DNA of 64,000 nt from Octopus vulgaris (taxonomy: Eukaryota), in contig OX597814.1 in assembly GCA_951406725.2 (NCBI GenBank), positions 133,238,001 through 133,302,000 on the forward strand, read 5' to 3'. Each line of letters starts with the position of its first letter. The stretch's first letter is position 1. Position numbers and translations under genes: made by a program. The notes under the pieces were generated by a model, which searched no databases, was not told the origin of the DNA, and saw only the letters and a program-made list of their open reading frames with translations. Positions 41,084-54,769 of the stretch are shown piece by piece.

Positions 41084-41096
41084 AACGACGGTCTTC
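40845..41096 (-). mobile_element. Truncated SINE family B with internal (CA)n
   Basis: catttgactgcggccatgctggagcacc..aagttacggggacgtaaac..(CA)n..acgacggtcttct. Confidence 0.75.
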
Positions 41097-41434
41097 TCAT
41101 CCGAAACAAAATCCAAGTTCAGTTGTAGAATCTGAAAATACAAAATTTAACAACGATTTCTTTGCAATTCATGTCATATCTAACTTTCTTCGTTGTATCA
41201 GGATTACTATATTATTCACCAATTAAACTTTTATTTTTATTGTTATAATATGCATTATCTAATGCTTAAATTTATAACAATAAAAATTCAATATAATATG
41301 CATTGTTGAATAATATAGTAATCATGATTACCACAACGAAGAAAGTTAGATATGACATGAATTGCAAAGAAATCTTTGTTAAATTTTCTATTTTCAGATT
41401 CTACAACTGAACTTGGATTCTGTTTCGGATGAGA
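41095..41434. repeat. Long inverted repeat (foldback), arms ~130 bp
   Basis: 41095-41223 is the reverse complement of 41302-41434 with a few substitutions and a 4-nt indel; inner tttttattgttataa / ttataacaataaaaa also pair. Confidence 0.92.
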
Positions 41435-41950
41435 CTTCTGTATCTTAATTATATAGCATTTCTGAACCAAATCATAATATGGTTAACATGACTAGTTATG
41501 CAGTCAAATTTGTTTATTTGCAAATAATAAATATACTTTAATCAACATTGAAGGAAAGAAAATGAGATACAGTGATTTTAGTCATGGAATATACCACAAA
41601 CATTTTTTTCTGCTATAATTAAAATGAAATTCAAATAGGAATTGTAATTTGAAAATCAGCAGGATATAAAAACACAGAAAGAATTCTCACAAGTCTTACT
41701 TAGCTATTTCAAAATATAGGTTATACTGGGCTGCTTAAGAAAAGCTATCATGCAAAGTTCATAGAAATTTAGTGAAATGTATCATGTATATTTATTGTCT
41801 GATCTGTATGTATGTATCTAGCTGTTCTTCTCTCTCATTTCTCTCTCTCTTCCTCTCTCTCTCTCCATATATGTATATATATATAGCTTTCCCTCTCTAT
41901 CTATCTATCTATCTCTCTCTCTCTCTCCATATATATATATATATATATAC

Positions 41951-42040
<90 letters not shown>

Positions 42041-42284
42041 AGAAAAATACTTTATATGTGATAAATAGACTGAAAAAGAGTTACATTGACATCACTCGAG
42101 CCGTGGGGTCCGAGTGGCGGTCATTCCAATCCTTCATTAATTTTCTCTTATCTTTTTTCATTCGCTATTTTCCCCCACATTTGTGTTTTTGTTTGTACTG
42201 TCCTGTCTGTATTTGTACTGTCCCCGCTATATTTAGTCCATTGTGGACAATGAAGAATTCATTCGTAATTTGAACGCATCAGGT

Positions 42285-43345
42285 ATGACCCGATTGTCAG
42301 CAACGCAGCGGGAACGAGCTACCGGAGGATTGCAAGCAGATCAGCGTGCCATGGTTGATGTGAAAGCTTATAATGTCCATGTCAGCACTATGTATCGCCT
42401 GCAACAGAGATACAAAACCAACATAACTGCAGACCGTACCCGCAGAAGTCACCCCGGGTGATCACGCCCAGGCAGGACCGTTTTATTTACCTGCAACATC
42501 TCCGTCATCGCTTCAGACCGGCCAGCGTGACAGCGGGCAAGACCATTGGCACTGGAGAGCCACCCATCAGCGACGGCATGGTGCTGGCTGCCAACAACCC
42601 ATGCTGCCGTCGTCCTGCTCGGGGGCTTGTCCTCACCGCCGCCAACGTCAGGCACGACTACAGTGGGCAACACAGCACCGACATTGGCGGCATCAACAAT
42701 GGAGGTCGATAGTCTTCTCTGACGAGAGCCAGTTTCCGCCTCGGATGGCAGAGTGAGGGTGTGGCGTAGTAGGGAGTGAATGTTACAGAGACGCGTGGGG
42801 ATGGCCAAAACATTATGGTTTGGGATGCTATAGGCGTGAATCGGAGAATTGTGCATCATGTGTTCCAAAATGTTGGTGCAGGCAAAGGGAATGGCATCAA
42901 AGCGCAGCGCTACGTTTACCAGATCCTAAGACCTCACATCGTGCCCTTCTTCTCGCGTCATCATAGTCACATGTTCCAGCAGGACAATGCTCCCTCCCAC
43001 ACGGCCAGGGTTACTCTGAATTTCCTGCGTCAGCACATCAGAATCATGCCGCAGCCGGCTGTCAGGCCGGATTTGTAGTTCTGTGGGTTGTGATCCAGAG
43101 ACGGCCGAAGCAAATACGGTGTAAGATCGTTTTCAACACACACGGTATTGAACATGTCACGCCCTACAATTTCGATTTGTTGGATCCGCCTACTACCAGA
43201 ACATGTAACAACAACACATAGACTGTAGTCAAAATGCATCCACCAAATTGATTTTTTCAGATTTATTAAAATTTACCTCTGACATAATCAAATTGATACA
43301 TATTTCACAGTCACACACAACTCTCGTTCCTTTTGCAGTTCAGTA
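42285..43345 (+). mobile_element. Decayed Tc1-family transposon
   Basis: MTRLS..QRERA.G.L, ITPRQDRFIYLQHLR, IVFSDES, IMVWDAI, FQQDNAPSHTAR, PAVRPDL; left TIR not found. Confidence 0.85.
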
Positions 43346-43358
43346 TACACACACACAC

Positions 43359-43434
<76 letters not shown>

Positions 43435-43501
43435 TTCGCCATGATTGATCGCAGCCACTAATGTTTTTATTTTTTATTTTCTCTGTTTATTTCCGTGTTC
43501 C

Positions 43502-43537
43502 CTTTCTGTTGAAGAGCGTATGCTCGAAACGTAAAAG
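43502..43537 (+). ncRNA. Minimal hammerhead motif (variant core) in a ~200-bp module 43432-43632 (family H2)
   Basis: cttt-CTGTTGA-a-GAGC-gtat-GCTC-GAAA-C-GTA^aaag; same architecture as 17894. Confidence 0.65.
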
Positions 43538-43721
43538 ACTTTCTCACTTCCCGAGCATTAAACTAATACATCTGTTTGTTGTTTACTCACTCGTCTTTTG
43601 CTTTGTTTGTTTTTCTTTTGTAAATTCCAACTATACACACACAAATATATATATATATATTTTTTTCCGTATTGAGATAACAAACAGACTGTGTAGATTT
43701 TAGAGCATTTATAAATAGAAT

Positions 43722-43769
43722 GCCTTACAGCTGTTTCTAGGATATTTATTATATCCCTTCATCGGAGAC
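43722..43769 (-). ncRNA. Type I hammerhead motif with palindromic loop 3 in module ~43660-43790 (family H3)
   Basis: Minus strand gtct-CCGATGA-a-GGGATAT-aataa-ATATCCT-a-GAAAC-AGCT-GTA^aggc; core has U4>C. Confidence 0.72.
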
Positions 43770-44245
43770 GGTGGGAGATGATGGTTAAGCATACACACAC
43801 ATATATATGTATAAACATATACATATATACATATCTTTCTTATCTCTATATCAATCTAAGTACATATATTTCTATAAATATATATATATTGTGTGTGTGT
43901 GCGTGCGCGCGGGTGTGTGTGTGCGTGCGCGCGGGTGTGTGTGTGCGTGCGCGCGGGTGTGTGTGTGCGTGTGTGTATGTTTGTACATATACATATCACA
44001 TATATGTATTCAAATAACAGGTAATATTTTCCCTGATGGCATGCTAATTATGCAGAAATGATGAGACTTTTATATTATACTTCCTTCCTCGAAGCGTAGA
44101 TTATTTCAATAAATGAAGGCTTTATGTTGTACCAACATACTTCTCTTGTTGTTTTGTTTTCTATATTCATGTCTCTTGTCCCTCTGCGATTGAAACATCG
44201 AAAAAGAATCTACATACCTTTGTATGTAGAGTTAGTTCAACATTT

Positions 44246-44487
44246 ACACAGCACCGTCATTAGCGGCATCAACAATGGAGGTCGATGAGAGCCAGCACTA
44301 CGTTTCCACCTCGGATGGCAAAACGAGGGTGTGCCGTAGGAGTGGTTGAATGCTACAGAGAACGCATGTGCCATGGAGAGAGACGCGTGGGGTGGCCAAA
44401 ACATCATGGTTTGGTATGCTATCGGGCTGAATCAGAGAATTGGTCCCCACGTGTTCCAAAATGTTGGTGCAGACAGAGGGAATTGCC
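44246..44487 (+). mobile_element. Second internal fragment of the Tc1 element
   Basis: Diverged copy of ~42670-42895 (acacagcaccg.catt.gcggcatcaacaatggaggtcgat..gtgttccaaaatgttggtgcag). Confidence 0.8.
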
Positions 44488-45686
44488 TATATGAGTCAAT
44501 AAAAAGAAAGCTATGATCATTTTTGCATTGCTTACGACATGACCCTTGTAGATATATAAGAGCATATCTTCAAACGAAGCATTTGCATCAAAGGAATGAT
44601 TTCACTTTGAAACCTAACATATATAAAACAATATCCATATTTATATTTTCGGTCACAATGTGAACGCGAGCAGTCCAGAGCTCCAAAAACTTTAAATACA
44701 AGTAAATTTGACGGTGAGGTCTGAAGATTCAGAAGGTAGCCTCTCAAATTTAGTTCAATTATACAGCTGCCACCCAAAACATAACCCAATAGGAATGACT
44801 GAACATTTGATTTTCCACTTAAACTTACCAGAGATGAGAAATGATCCAGTGTTACATGGTTTCTAGATCTGCTAATAATACCACTTTTGATACACCAACC
44901 TCATATAAAGACACGAGAATTAGGCTTAATCTATGAGAGCTGACAACAAACAACTACATTTAAGTTTACAATTGACATAGGTCTGCATGCCACTTCATCA
45001 TTTTATTTAATTTTCAAAGCGATATGAAATGGTTTTTCTCTGTCTTTTCCTGACATGGATCATTACTGGGTTCCGCCATTTAAATTATATTCCTTTCGCG
45101 TGCTACTTAGATTCGAAGTAACATTACTACATCATGTCGTTATATATAACGACTAAAAGATATTAAAAGATTCTCTTTTAAATCAAAATCACATCATTAC
45201 TTAAATATAAATCTCTATTATATGTACCGTTTTCTACTTTTCTATTTTCCGAAATGTGTGACAGAAATTATTTTACTAACACATTAATTTTCGCGAGACA
45301 CATTGAGAAAGAATTTCGACTTTCGTATGTGACCCCGAATGAACTTTTAATTAGTATTTATATACATACATTGACCGTTTTTTAATGCAGCTGATGTTAA
45401 ATATCCTCTATAATAATTGGAAACTACATAACCATCAACTGAAATGGTAAATCCTTTGTTTATCATAGAAATGACACAGGTTAATGTTTTCATAACCTGT
45501 AATTATTTTAGCTTCATTATTTCAGTGGTCATATGACACGATGCGATTAGCTATATAGATAACGCACGGACAGAAACAAACAGACTTATATACACACATC
45601 CATACACAAACATTCAGAAACATATAAACATATATGTGTATGCATATATATATATATATATAGATAGATATATGTATGTATGTATG

Positions 45687-45794
<108 letters not shown>

Positions 45795-45859
45795 TAAACA
45801 CACACACACACACATATATAAATCTAAATCTAGAGATAGATAAATAGTTATATGGCGGT

Positions 45860-45925
<66 letters not shown>

Positions 45926-46407
45926 CACACTACACATACAGACACACACATATTTGTCTTTGCACAATGACTTCAGAGTTTTCTTTGACATCTATTTTCT
46001 TACTTGTCATTGTTTTACTTTGTTATTAATAATATCATCTTTCATAAAACTCTCCCACTTTTGATAATAGCTTTTTAGGTTAATAAAACTCTGCACGTTA
46101 TATATTTGCTTGCATCCACCTACAAGCATTTTTAATTAAATTTGTAACAATCATCGCGTAAATCTCGCATAAATGCTATCACATAATTGCCTCATTTGTA
46201 TGCTCAAAATGTTCCCATAGAACTTCACCAATACTAACAACAACACTGCGTGCATTCTTAAGTATAATTCTAAATACTGATACCGAGTATACTAACAAAA
46301 TATGCGCATATAAATGCATGTATATGCATCTGTGTGTGTACCAATTATGTATAAATACATGTATATGCATATGGACACACATATATATGTATCTATGTAT
46401 CAACGTA

Positions 46408-46905
<498 letters not shown>

Positions 46906-47136
46906 CTTTCCTCACATCCATAAGATCCTAGCTTCAGTAGTACTGTGTATTATGCTGGGAATGTGTCCTGCCCAAGTCTTGGAGCGTCTAAATGCTTGCA
47001 AGAGAAAATGGAGTCCTTAGAAATTCAGAGAATCTATAGGCTATTTAGATATATGTCAGGGAGAAAATAAACGGAATTAAGTTTCGTCACAACGTGTCAG
47101 ACCATTTTACGTGTGAGTTGTGCCGTATGTATACTA

Positions 47137-49576
47137 GAGTAATGACTTTAATTTTTTTCTGAAATTGAACATGGCCAGGTTGACTAGCTATGAGAAATGA
47201 TGAGAAAACAGTGACTTGAAATTCATTATTTCTAAAACTTTCAAAAACCTCCCACACCAACTAATATTTCTATCTTCAAACGCGTCACACTTGCATTGCC
47301 TTAATCAAACTCACATTACGTTCGACATTAGTGCTTCACGCTATTTCATTAGATTTAAAGGAGCTTATGATTGAAGTTACTTCCTGGTCAAATGCCAATA
47401 ACGATATATACAGTAGAAAAAGTTGTTTCACATCTTGAGTAGTGTTATCTGTTGTAGAGATAATCCATGAATGCATTATTCTTTCTATTACAGATATTGA
47501 AATATATTGCTTTAATCAGTGTAATAAAAACATGAATCATGTCATTCAAGCACTCAAGTCAAACAGCTGCAGGAAACAAGAAAAAGTGGCAAAAAAATAT
47601 AAAACTTTCTGTTAAAAAGCGAAGAATAATAACGAATGCGTAACATGAGTTGACTGAACTAACTAGAATCCCCAGAAAATGCAGCATCATTGGAAGTTAT
47701 AATGCATTCGCAAAAGTTTAAAAATCCAGACATGCAAGAAATCATCTCATTGCTCAGGAGCTAGAAAATATGTGGGTAAAAATAGAATTTTCCGTGTATA
47801 AAATTAAAGTCTATTGCAAGAAAAGTAAATATTCTGTTGACAAGGTACTATACCCATTTGAAACGCCCGAAACCAGATCAATATTTTGAAGATTTGTTTG
47901 ACATTACTAATCAACATTGCAGCTGGTTATCTAAAGAAGACAAAGACTTTTACAGTACACAAATTCAAAGTGGCGGTATAACTGGCTACACCAGATGTCG
48001 GTTAGCTATTGTTCATCCTTCAAATCGATCACCTTCCTCGTCAAGAGTGTCAGCTTTAACTTCACAAAGGTTTCTCCCATATGCTAAATCAGATAAAGCA
48101 ACGTGCCTAAAATATTACACAAATAATACACAAATTTTTTGCATGCATTGCTGTCACTAATATGTATCCAACTTATTGCAGATACATCATGATCATCATG
48201 ATCATCAGGAACCCCTACTTCTGATTCAGCAGATAAAATCACATTACCAATAGACGAACAATTTGGAACCTCCAAACAACAACATCACTCAACTCAGAAC
48301 GCAATGAACTTACTACAAAAGTAGAATTTAAGCAGTCATAAAGCGGCCAAAGTCTGCAAACAGCTGAGAGAGGATGGAGTACTCCCCCCAACTTCATCAC
48401 AGTCAGGAGTGTACAAAGCTGCTATGAGAGAGGCTGCAAAGATAAAACAGGAACTTAAAGAAACTTTAAAAAATGATCAGTGGGTGCTCCAGTTTGATGG
48501 AAATACTATGAATAGTAAAGAAAGACAAGTTATTGTAGTGAAAAACAACACAAGAGAAATTAGATTAGCAGCACTAACATTTAAGAATGGTAGAGAAGAT
48601 ACCATTTTCCAAGGGCTAAAGGAAGTTTTGAATGATTATGAATTGTGGCCAGCAATCAATAGGATCATCACAGACACATGTAGTGTAAATACAGGAAAAC
48701 ATACTACAGTGGCCATTAAACTTCAGAACGAATTTGTAAAGCGTGGAGATCCTGCGACTCAATACATCATGTGTTAGACCGCCTCCTAAAACATGTGATT
48801 GATGATACACTGAAAGGAAAAACTGCATCACCAAATATATCATATCCGTTCATAGACGATTGAATTAAAAAAAACTATGAGGATTTGGTGGTAGAATAGA
48901 AACAAGGCGAAGCAAAACTTCAAATGGATGATAATCCAAGTTGGAGAGATAACCTTAAGTTTTTATTTGAACTTGGTCATGCTTTCCGATTTTATCAGCA
49001 ACAAAGCATTTTCCCAGAAAATAAGTTTAGAAAACTTGCTAGACTTAGATATGTACGTTGGGATTCATGAGCCACCTTGGCCATTCTCACATACATGTTT
49101 CTACCACAAAGTAGAGAAAAACTACGATGTGTGTTGTTTTATCAGCGGAAACTGGATGGAAATATGGTTTTGTGACTAAATGTTTGAAAGCATGGCCTAC
49201 CAGAAACTTTCATAAGCAGTTTCTGGATATACTAAAGCAAGCAAATGTTTAAAAGTTAATTGGAATCTTGAAGAATTAGTAATTCAAGACGTTCAGTAAA
49301 AATAGAGGAATTAGATTGCCTTGTTTTAACTAACAAAGATCTTTGAAAACTGCTGTTGTACAAGGCTGCACTTATTACATTAACAATGCATAAGAGTACG
49401 TCTTATTCCTTGAACAATATATGCATGTCCGTAGTGAAAGTGTGGTCAAATATATTGTCATCGGTGTGAGAGTTTTTTGAGTCATAGAAAGTAATGATTA
49501 TATATTTTTTTGTCATTATACCATAAAGTTCAGCATACTGTACCTTGCCCTTACTTGACTTGAAAAATCATCACCC
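47137..49576 (+). mobile_element. Decayed DDE DNA transposon with long degenerate TIRs (Sola2-like, tentative)
   Basis: WVLQFDG..ITDTCSVNTG..HHVLD transposase-like motifs; ends ctagagtaatga / tcatcaccctag; subterminal caaaaacctcccacacc / ggtgtgagagttttttg inverted. Confidence 0.6.
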
Positions 49577-49691
49577 TAGGGTACACGTGCTTTTGGAATA
49601 CATTACATCTGTGAGTAGAACGTTCGTCTGATCGAAAAACTGTACATACATTGAATCCGACAGAAAATACCATCATTGAATATATATATAC

Positions 49692-50630
49692 ACAAGTTAA
49701 TGGACAAACGAAAGAAGGCGCTCAACACACTTATTTGGAGTTACATGTATGAATCATAAGTTTGATTCAAATTCGTTGGTACATCCAGTTTTAATCGTGA
49801 TGCTAATCTTCAGCCATTTTGAATTTGAATGAATGCATATGCTAGGAGTATCGTCTCTTTATGTCATTAGCTGTCGTACCTGTATAGTGCCTAGGGACGC
49901 CGTCGAATGGTATAAAAGTGGATCTATATACTACGGCCCTTGAGAGGCAGGATCCTTGTAAAAGGCAGGTGGTGGGATTTCGGAAGTTGCCGGTTGCAGG
50001 TGGGGATGTACGTGTGCAGCTTTACGTCTGTTGTTGCATGCGATGTTAGATGCGACGTTGTCTGAGCAAGAGAAGCTCACCTTGACATTATGGGTGAGGT
50101 TGAAGAGTTTGTAATACTTATGACCACTGAGGAAGTGTTTCATAATTAACGACGCGAAGCCCCTAGGTACCTTAAATCTAGGTTGAAATGGAGAGGGTTA
50201 TACCAGATAATTTTCCTCTTCCTAATCCTTTTGGAGCGAAAAGAGGAAATTTGGGGATTGTCCATATACGTGAGCATCTCAGTAAACCCGCTCCTAGCCA
50301 AAGCATTCTTGTAGTGATAGGGCGGCCCTATTAAATATCTCCTTATTGACCGAGATAGTTGTTTGCTAATGCCTGAAAACAGGTTTCTAATTACAGCTTT
50401 TGTGGATGTATACCGTTTCCTCGTTAGGCTTCCTGTACGAGTAATACATGCTCGTGTTTAGGTCTAAGGTTACGTCCAAGAAATCGACCGTAGTAAGGAT
50501 GTTGGTAACCGTTATGGAGAGGCCGAACTACTTAATTACTTTTATCAAGTCCTTTCTTGAACCTGTCTATGGCGTGGTCGTTTATATGGATTGAGATAGC
50601 CACGCCGTCATCCCTAAAGAGGGCCGACCT
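49692..50630 (-). mobile_element. Penelope-like element relic (RT C-terminus, GIY-YIG, 3' pseudo-LTR)
   Basis: LFRDDG, VDFLDVTLDL..YRKPN..YIH, RKRKIIWY, NVKVSFSC..CLLQGSCLSRAVVY..HYTGTT; runs out into (TA)n at ~49690. Confidence 0.85.
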
Positions 50631-51665
50631 ATGAGGATAGGTATAAAAGAATAAAAGCAAAGAATATATATAATGCAATAATATTATATCGTAATATATA
50701 TATTCTCCGATTTAAAGCGACATTTATATATAAACAAACTGACTGAAAAATGATGAGCTAACCTTAGCCAGAATCGAACACATATATCAACGCTTACACG
50801 ACTACGTGCACATTGATTGGGTCAATCGCTCATCCATCAATTTCAGCCAAAGTTTACATATATATACTTAAACTTTATCATACTACATACTATATTTATA
50901 AATAAACCAGAAGGCTTAGGAAGTTACGGAGAGAAAGCGATTATGGAAGTCTATTGGTACAAAAATAACTATAACAATATATCATAATATTGATATGTAT
51001 ATCTTCCGGATGTTTTCGTTAATAATAGTATATATACATATAATACGTCATTCTCTAAGAAATGCTACTAACAGAAGACATACATCGCAATCTCGGTATA
51101 TACTCAATTGAGCCTACTGTTTCTAGCTCTTTTAACTGTCCAGTGTCTTGTGCATTTCTACCTCCCAATTCAACTATTATATCACTGTCTCCGAGTTTTC
51201 TCTCCGTGAATGCAGATATTTGGAATTACTAACACATTTAAAGTTCGCATCCTTTCATAATTTAGTACCTTATTTTGGGTAACGAGAAACCAGAAACTAT
51301 TTTATTCCCTTTGGAACGTACTCCGACTAGTTCTTCAGCTTACTCAACTCAATATAATATTAGTTAAGCTTCTATGACTGTATTAGAAGATCTATATAAT
51401 ATACTTAATCTGTATTAGTAATTAATGTTGCAGAACATTTATTTTTTGATGAGCTTAGAAAACTCTTTCGCTGCCTTTGAAGTTGTAATTCGAATGCACT
51501 ATCAGTAATTATGCTGCTGATTTCTCAACGACATATGTATCAACATCATATGATAAAAAACTGAATGACGGCACCTTAATAGACAATGTTATTGCATCTA
51601 TGATGGAGCCATGGATACTACTGGCTCAGTGAAATAAACCGAATGTGTTGTTGAGATTCACAAAC

Positions 51666-53034
51666 GAATTATGTATAGCATTGTCTAAATATATTATTCG
51701 TTTCATATATATATATATATGTTTCTCCCATAAATTTCTTTGACGTCCTTCTGCGTCACATCTTTCATTGTTATTCATTGTATCGGTACGGACGCATACT
51801 TACCCAACTACAAGTGATCTACTTATTGTGTGACAGCTGGTTTACGCACTTTTATTCTTCTTTATATTCATCTCTCTATAGCTTTCTACCTCTAAATACA
51901 TTTCAAAGTTTCCCCTTGATATTCAACATTCTATTCTATTCTGCCTAATTTCTTTCATTGTTTGCTCTCATTTATCTTTCCATCATTGAATTCTTCTATC
52001 CAGCCTACCTTCTTTTAGCTATCTGTCTATCTACCTATCTCTCTATCTACCTATCTCTCTATCTACCTATCTCTCTATCTACCTATCTCACTATCTATCT
52101 TTTTATCTCTCTATACATTTATCTCTGTTTCTATCTTTCTGTTCGTCGCTCACATTTTTTCTACTACCTTCTCCGTCTTCACTATCCCTATAATATCTTT
52201 TCTCTCTCACACTTCCTCTATATTCTTTACAATCTCCTATAGATTTTCCTTCTCTCCCAATCAAAAGGCCTCACAAGGCCCTCCTCTTTCTGTTCTCGTG
52301 ATACTCGTTCTTTATTTAACTGACTGCTGAATTCGTCGAATGCTTCCTTCATACCTCTGGGCTTGTTTAATTTACTTAATTTTTCCTCATGCCCTAAAGG
52401 CACATTATCTTTTCTATTAGCTTAAGTCGCACAACTTATATTATAAACTTGTCGCAAAGTTCAGAGATATTCAGTATATACATATACACGTTTGTTTCGT
52501 TTTGTATTTCACCCGTTTTCCTCACAACACCATACGTTTCAGTTATTGGCTTTGTCTATAATTTTGTTTCTTTTTTTATGTTTCTCCCGCATATTTGTTT
52601 TTTCTTGAGTCTGCCTCAAATTTTGATACTGAGTAAGTTGTATTTTCCACGTTCTCTCTTGTTGTAAATATGGCAATAAATCAAGTTTTCTTTTTGTATA
52701 GTATTTCATATAATTATATCCGACTCCCTTGTAAAACTTTATGTCACTTTTCAACCTGAGTTACTTTTGATTTTATGAGAGAAATATAGTTAGTTACAGT
52801 AAGTGAAATGTAATTAGCTATAAAAAACTATAGAAGGGTAGGTATAACGAAAACTAAAAAGAAGGTAACAAGCTGTCGCACAATAGGCAGATCGTTGGTA
52901 TTCGGGAAAATATGAGTGCGTATCGATACAAGGAATATCAGTGAAAGATGTACAGAAGGATGTCAAAGAAATTTACGGGGAAAATAAATATATATGTAAC
53001 GAATTATATATTTAGACAATGCTATACAAAACTC
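51666..53034. mobile_element. Element bounded by ~240-bp diverged inverted repeats
   Basis: 51666-~51905 matches the reverse complement of ~52803-53034 (tgtatagcattgtctaaatata, taaatttctttgac.tccttctg, tattgtg.gacagct). Confidence 0.7.
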
Positions 53035-53433
53035 ATGCTCATTTTGAATATACCTATATCTTGTTCCACTGGGGTCAATGAGGACCAACTGTTCTGCTAA
53101 TCACACCTCTCAAAGCAGAATAGCTATTCTTTTGCATCCAAAATAAAATAGACCCTTTTTCATTAAGGATTTACCAGTTTACGATAGTTCTTCTCACTTA
53201 AGATTATCTCTCCTAATTCGGAGTTGGTCGCAGTTGACCACAGCTTATCGTTTCTTGATACGAAGATACTGTCGGTAAACCATGTATCTATTTCATGCGG
53301 TATTTAATATATCTTTAGTCATTTTTGCTACCTAAATTCTTTTAGCTTGTAATATATACATCCGGACATATATTCGCACACACGCGCACGCACACATGCA
53401 CATACACACATACATGTATGCACGCTCACACAT

Positions 53434-53479
<46 letters not shown>

Positions 53480-53494
53480 ATATATATATATAAA

Positions 53495-53704
53495 GTTAAT
53501 CCAAACATGAAAATACAAAGAGAAAACACAACAACGCGAGGACGTGGAACAAGTATAGTGTTATTGGACGCTCAGGAAAGGAAAGAAAGAAGGGGGATTT
53601 AACGTTTCGAGCGGAGCTCTTCGTCAGAAACACAGGAAAAGGAAAGATCCAAGGAAGGAAAAACGGAAGGAAAAAATCGCCAACGATACACACGCGGTCA
53701 CATT
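53495..53704 (-). mobile_element. Second copy of module H1 with HHR at 53597-53631
   Basis: Minus strand gttt-CTGACGA-a-GAGC-tcc-GCTC-GAAA-C-GTT^aaat; TA-repeat flanks. Confidence 0.78.
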
Positions 53705-53874
53705 ATATATATATATCAACTCGTGTGTTCCTTTTCAACCTTCTACATACACATACACACACACACACACATACACAGAGAGACACAAGTGAGTGTACAA
53801 AGCGAAAGCAAAATGGTCTCAACACATTTAGTAGAAGTTACATATACTATTATTTAAAACAGTTTATTTCGGCT

Positions 53875-53934
53875 CCATGCAACTTAAGTTTCGCAGGTTT
53901 CTTAAAAAAAAAAAGAAACTAGTTCTTTCAGTCC
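53875..53934 (-). ncRNA. Degenerate hammerhead motif
   Basis: Minus strand CTGAAAGA..GTTTCTT-t8-AAGAAAC.ctgc-GAAAC-TTAA-GTT; helix I not preserved. Confidence 0.45.
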
Positions 53935-54769
53935 CAATAACTGGGACGCTATTGGTCAAGACAGGTTACATAGTGTTGTTAGAAGTGAGATGGACATTTC
54001 AGCGACACCCGATTCATTGGGAAAAGAAGAAGAATCTCTTCGACTGAGCGGCTGGACGAGAAGTTGGTGCCTGGCTGGCCTATGAACGGACTTTGAATGG
54101 ATTTGCATGCCGACAGGAAACATGGCTGGTGAGTGTGTGTGTATAAGATTATGAGTGTAGATGTGGCGTCTTATGTCTATATGTGTGTGTGTCAGTTATG
54201 CGTGTATATACGGGTGGTGGTATTTGTTTGTGTGTAAGCTAGCGCATGGGAGGAATGGCATGTAGCTGAAGGTTGATGGCATCATCTCGTTGATGCGTAT
54301 GTACGTGCTTGGCACGGTGTGATATGTATGGGTGCGGGTGCGTACCAGCCGTGGCCTGAGTACTCGCATCCGCGAATGTGTAGGTGTATATATCTCAGTT
54401 GTGCATATCAGCTGAGCTTGTGTTATTGTTTGTATGAGTAAGTGAGTGTTTGTTTGGACGAGTGTATGTGAGAGAGGGGGGTGTATGTGTGTATCAGCGA
54501 ATACGTGTGCATTAATGACTACCGTATTCGAGTGCGCGCACCAATATATTTAAGATATAACATGTTCATATATGCAGGTGGAAAAGCAAAGAGATATACC
54601 AGGATACACACATACGTGTATCTTTTTGGCAGGGTAATTTTCTTCTTACTGTCATCGTAAGTGAGATAAGTCCACTTTTATCTTATTTGTTTATTGCGGT
54701 GAATGGTGGGGGGTGAGGGTACCGACCGAAACAAGAACTAATTACTTTCTGTTTAATATAAGGCATCAG

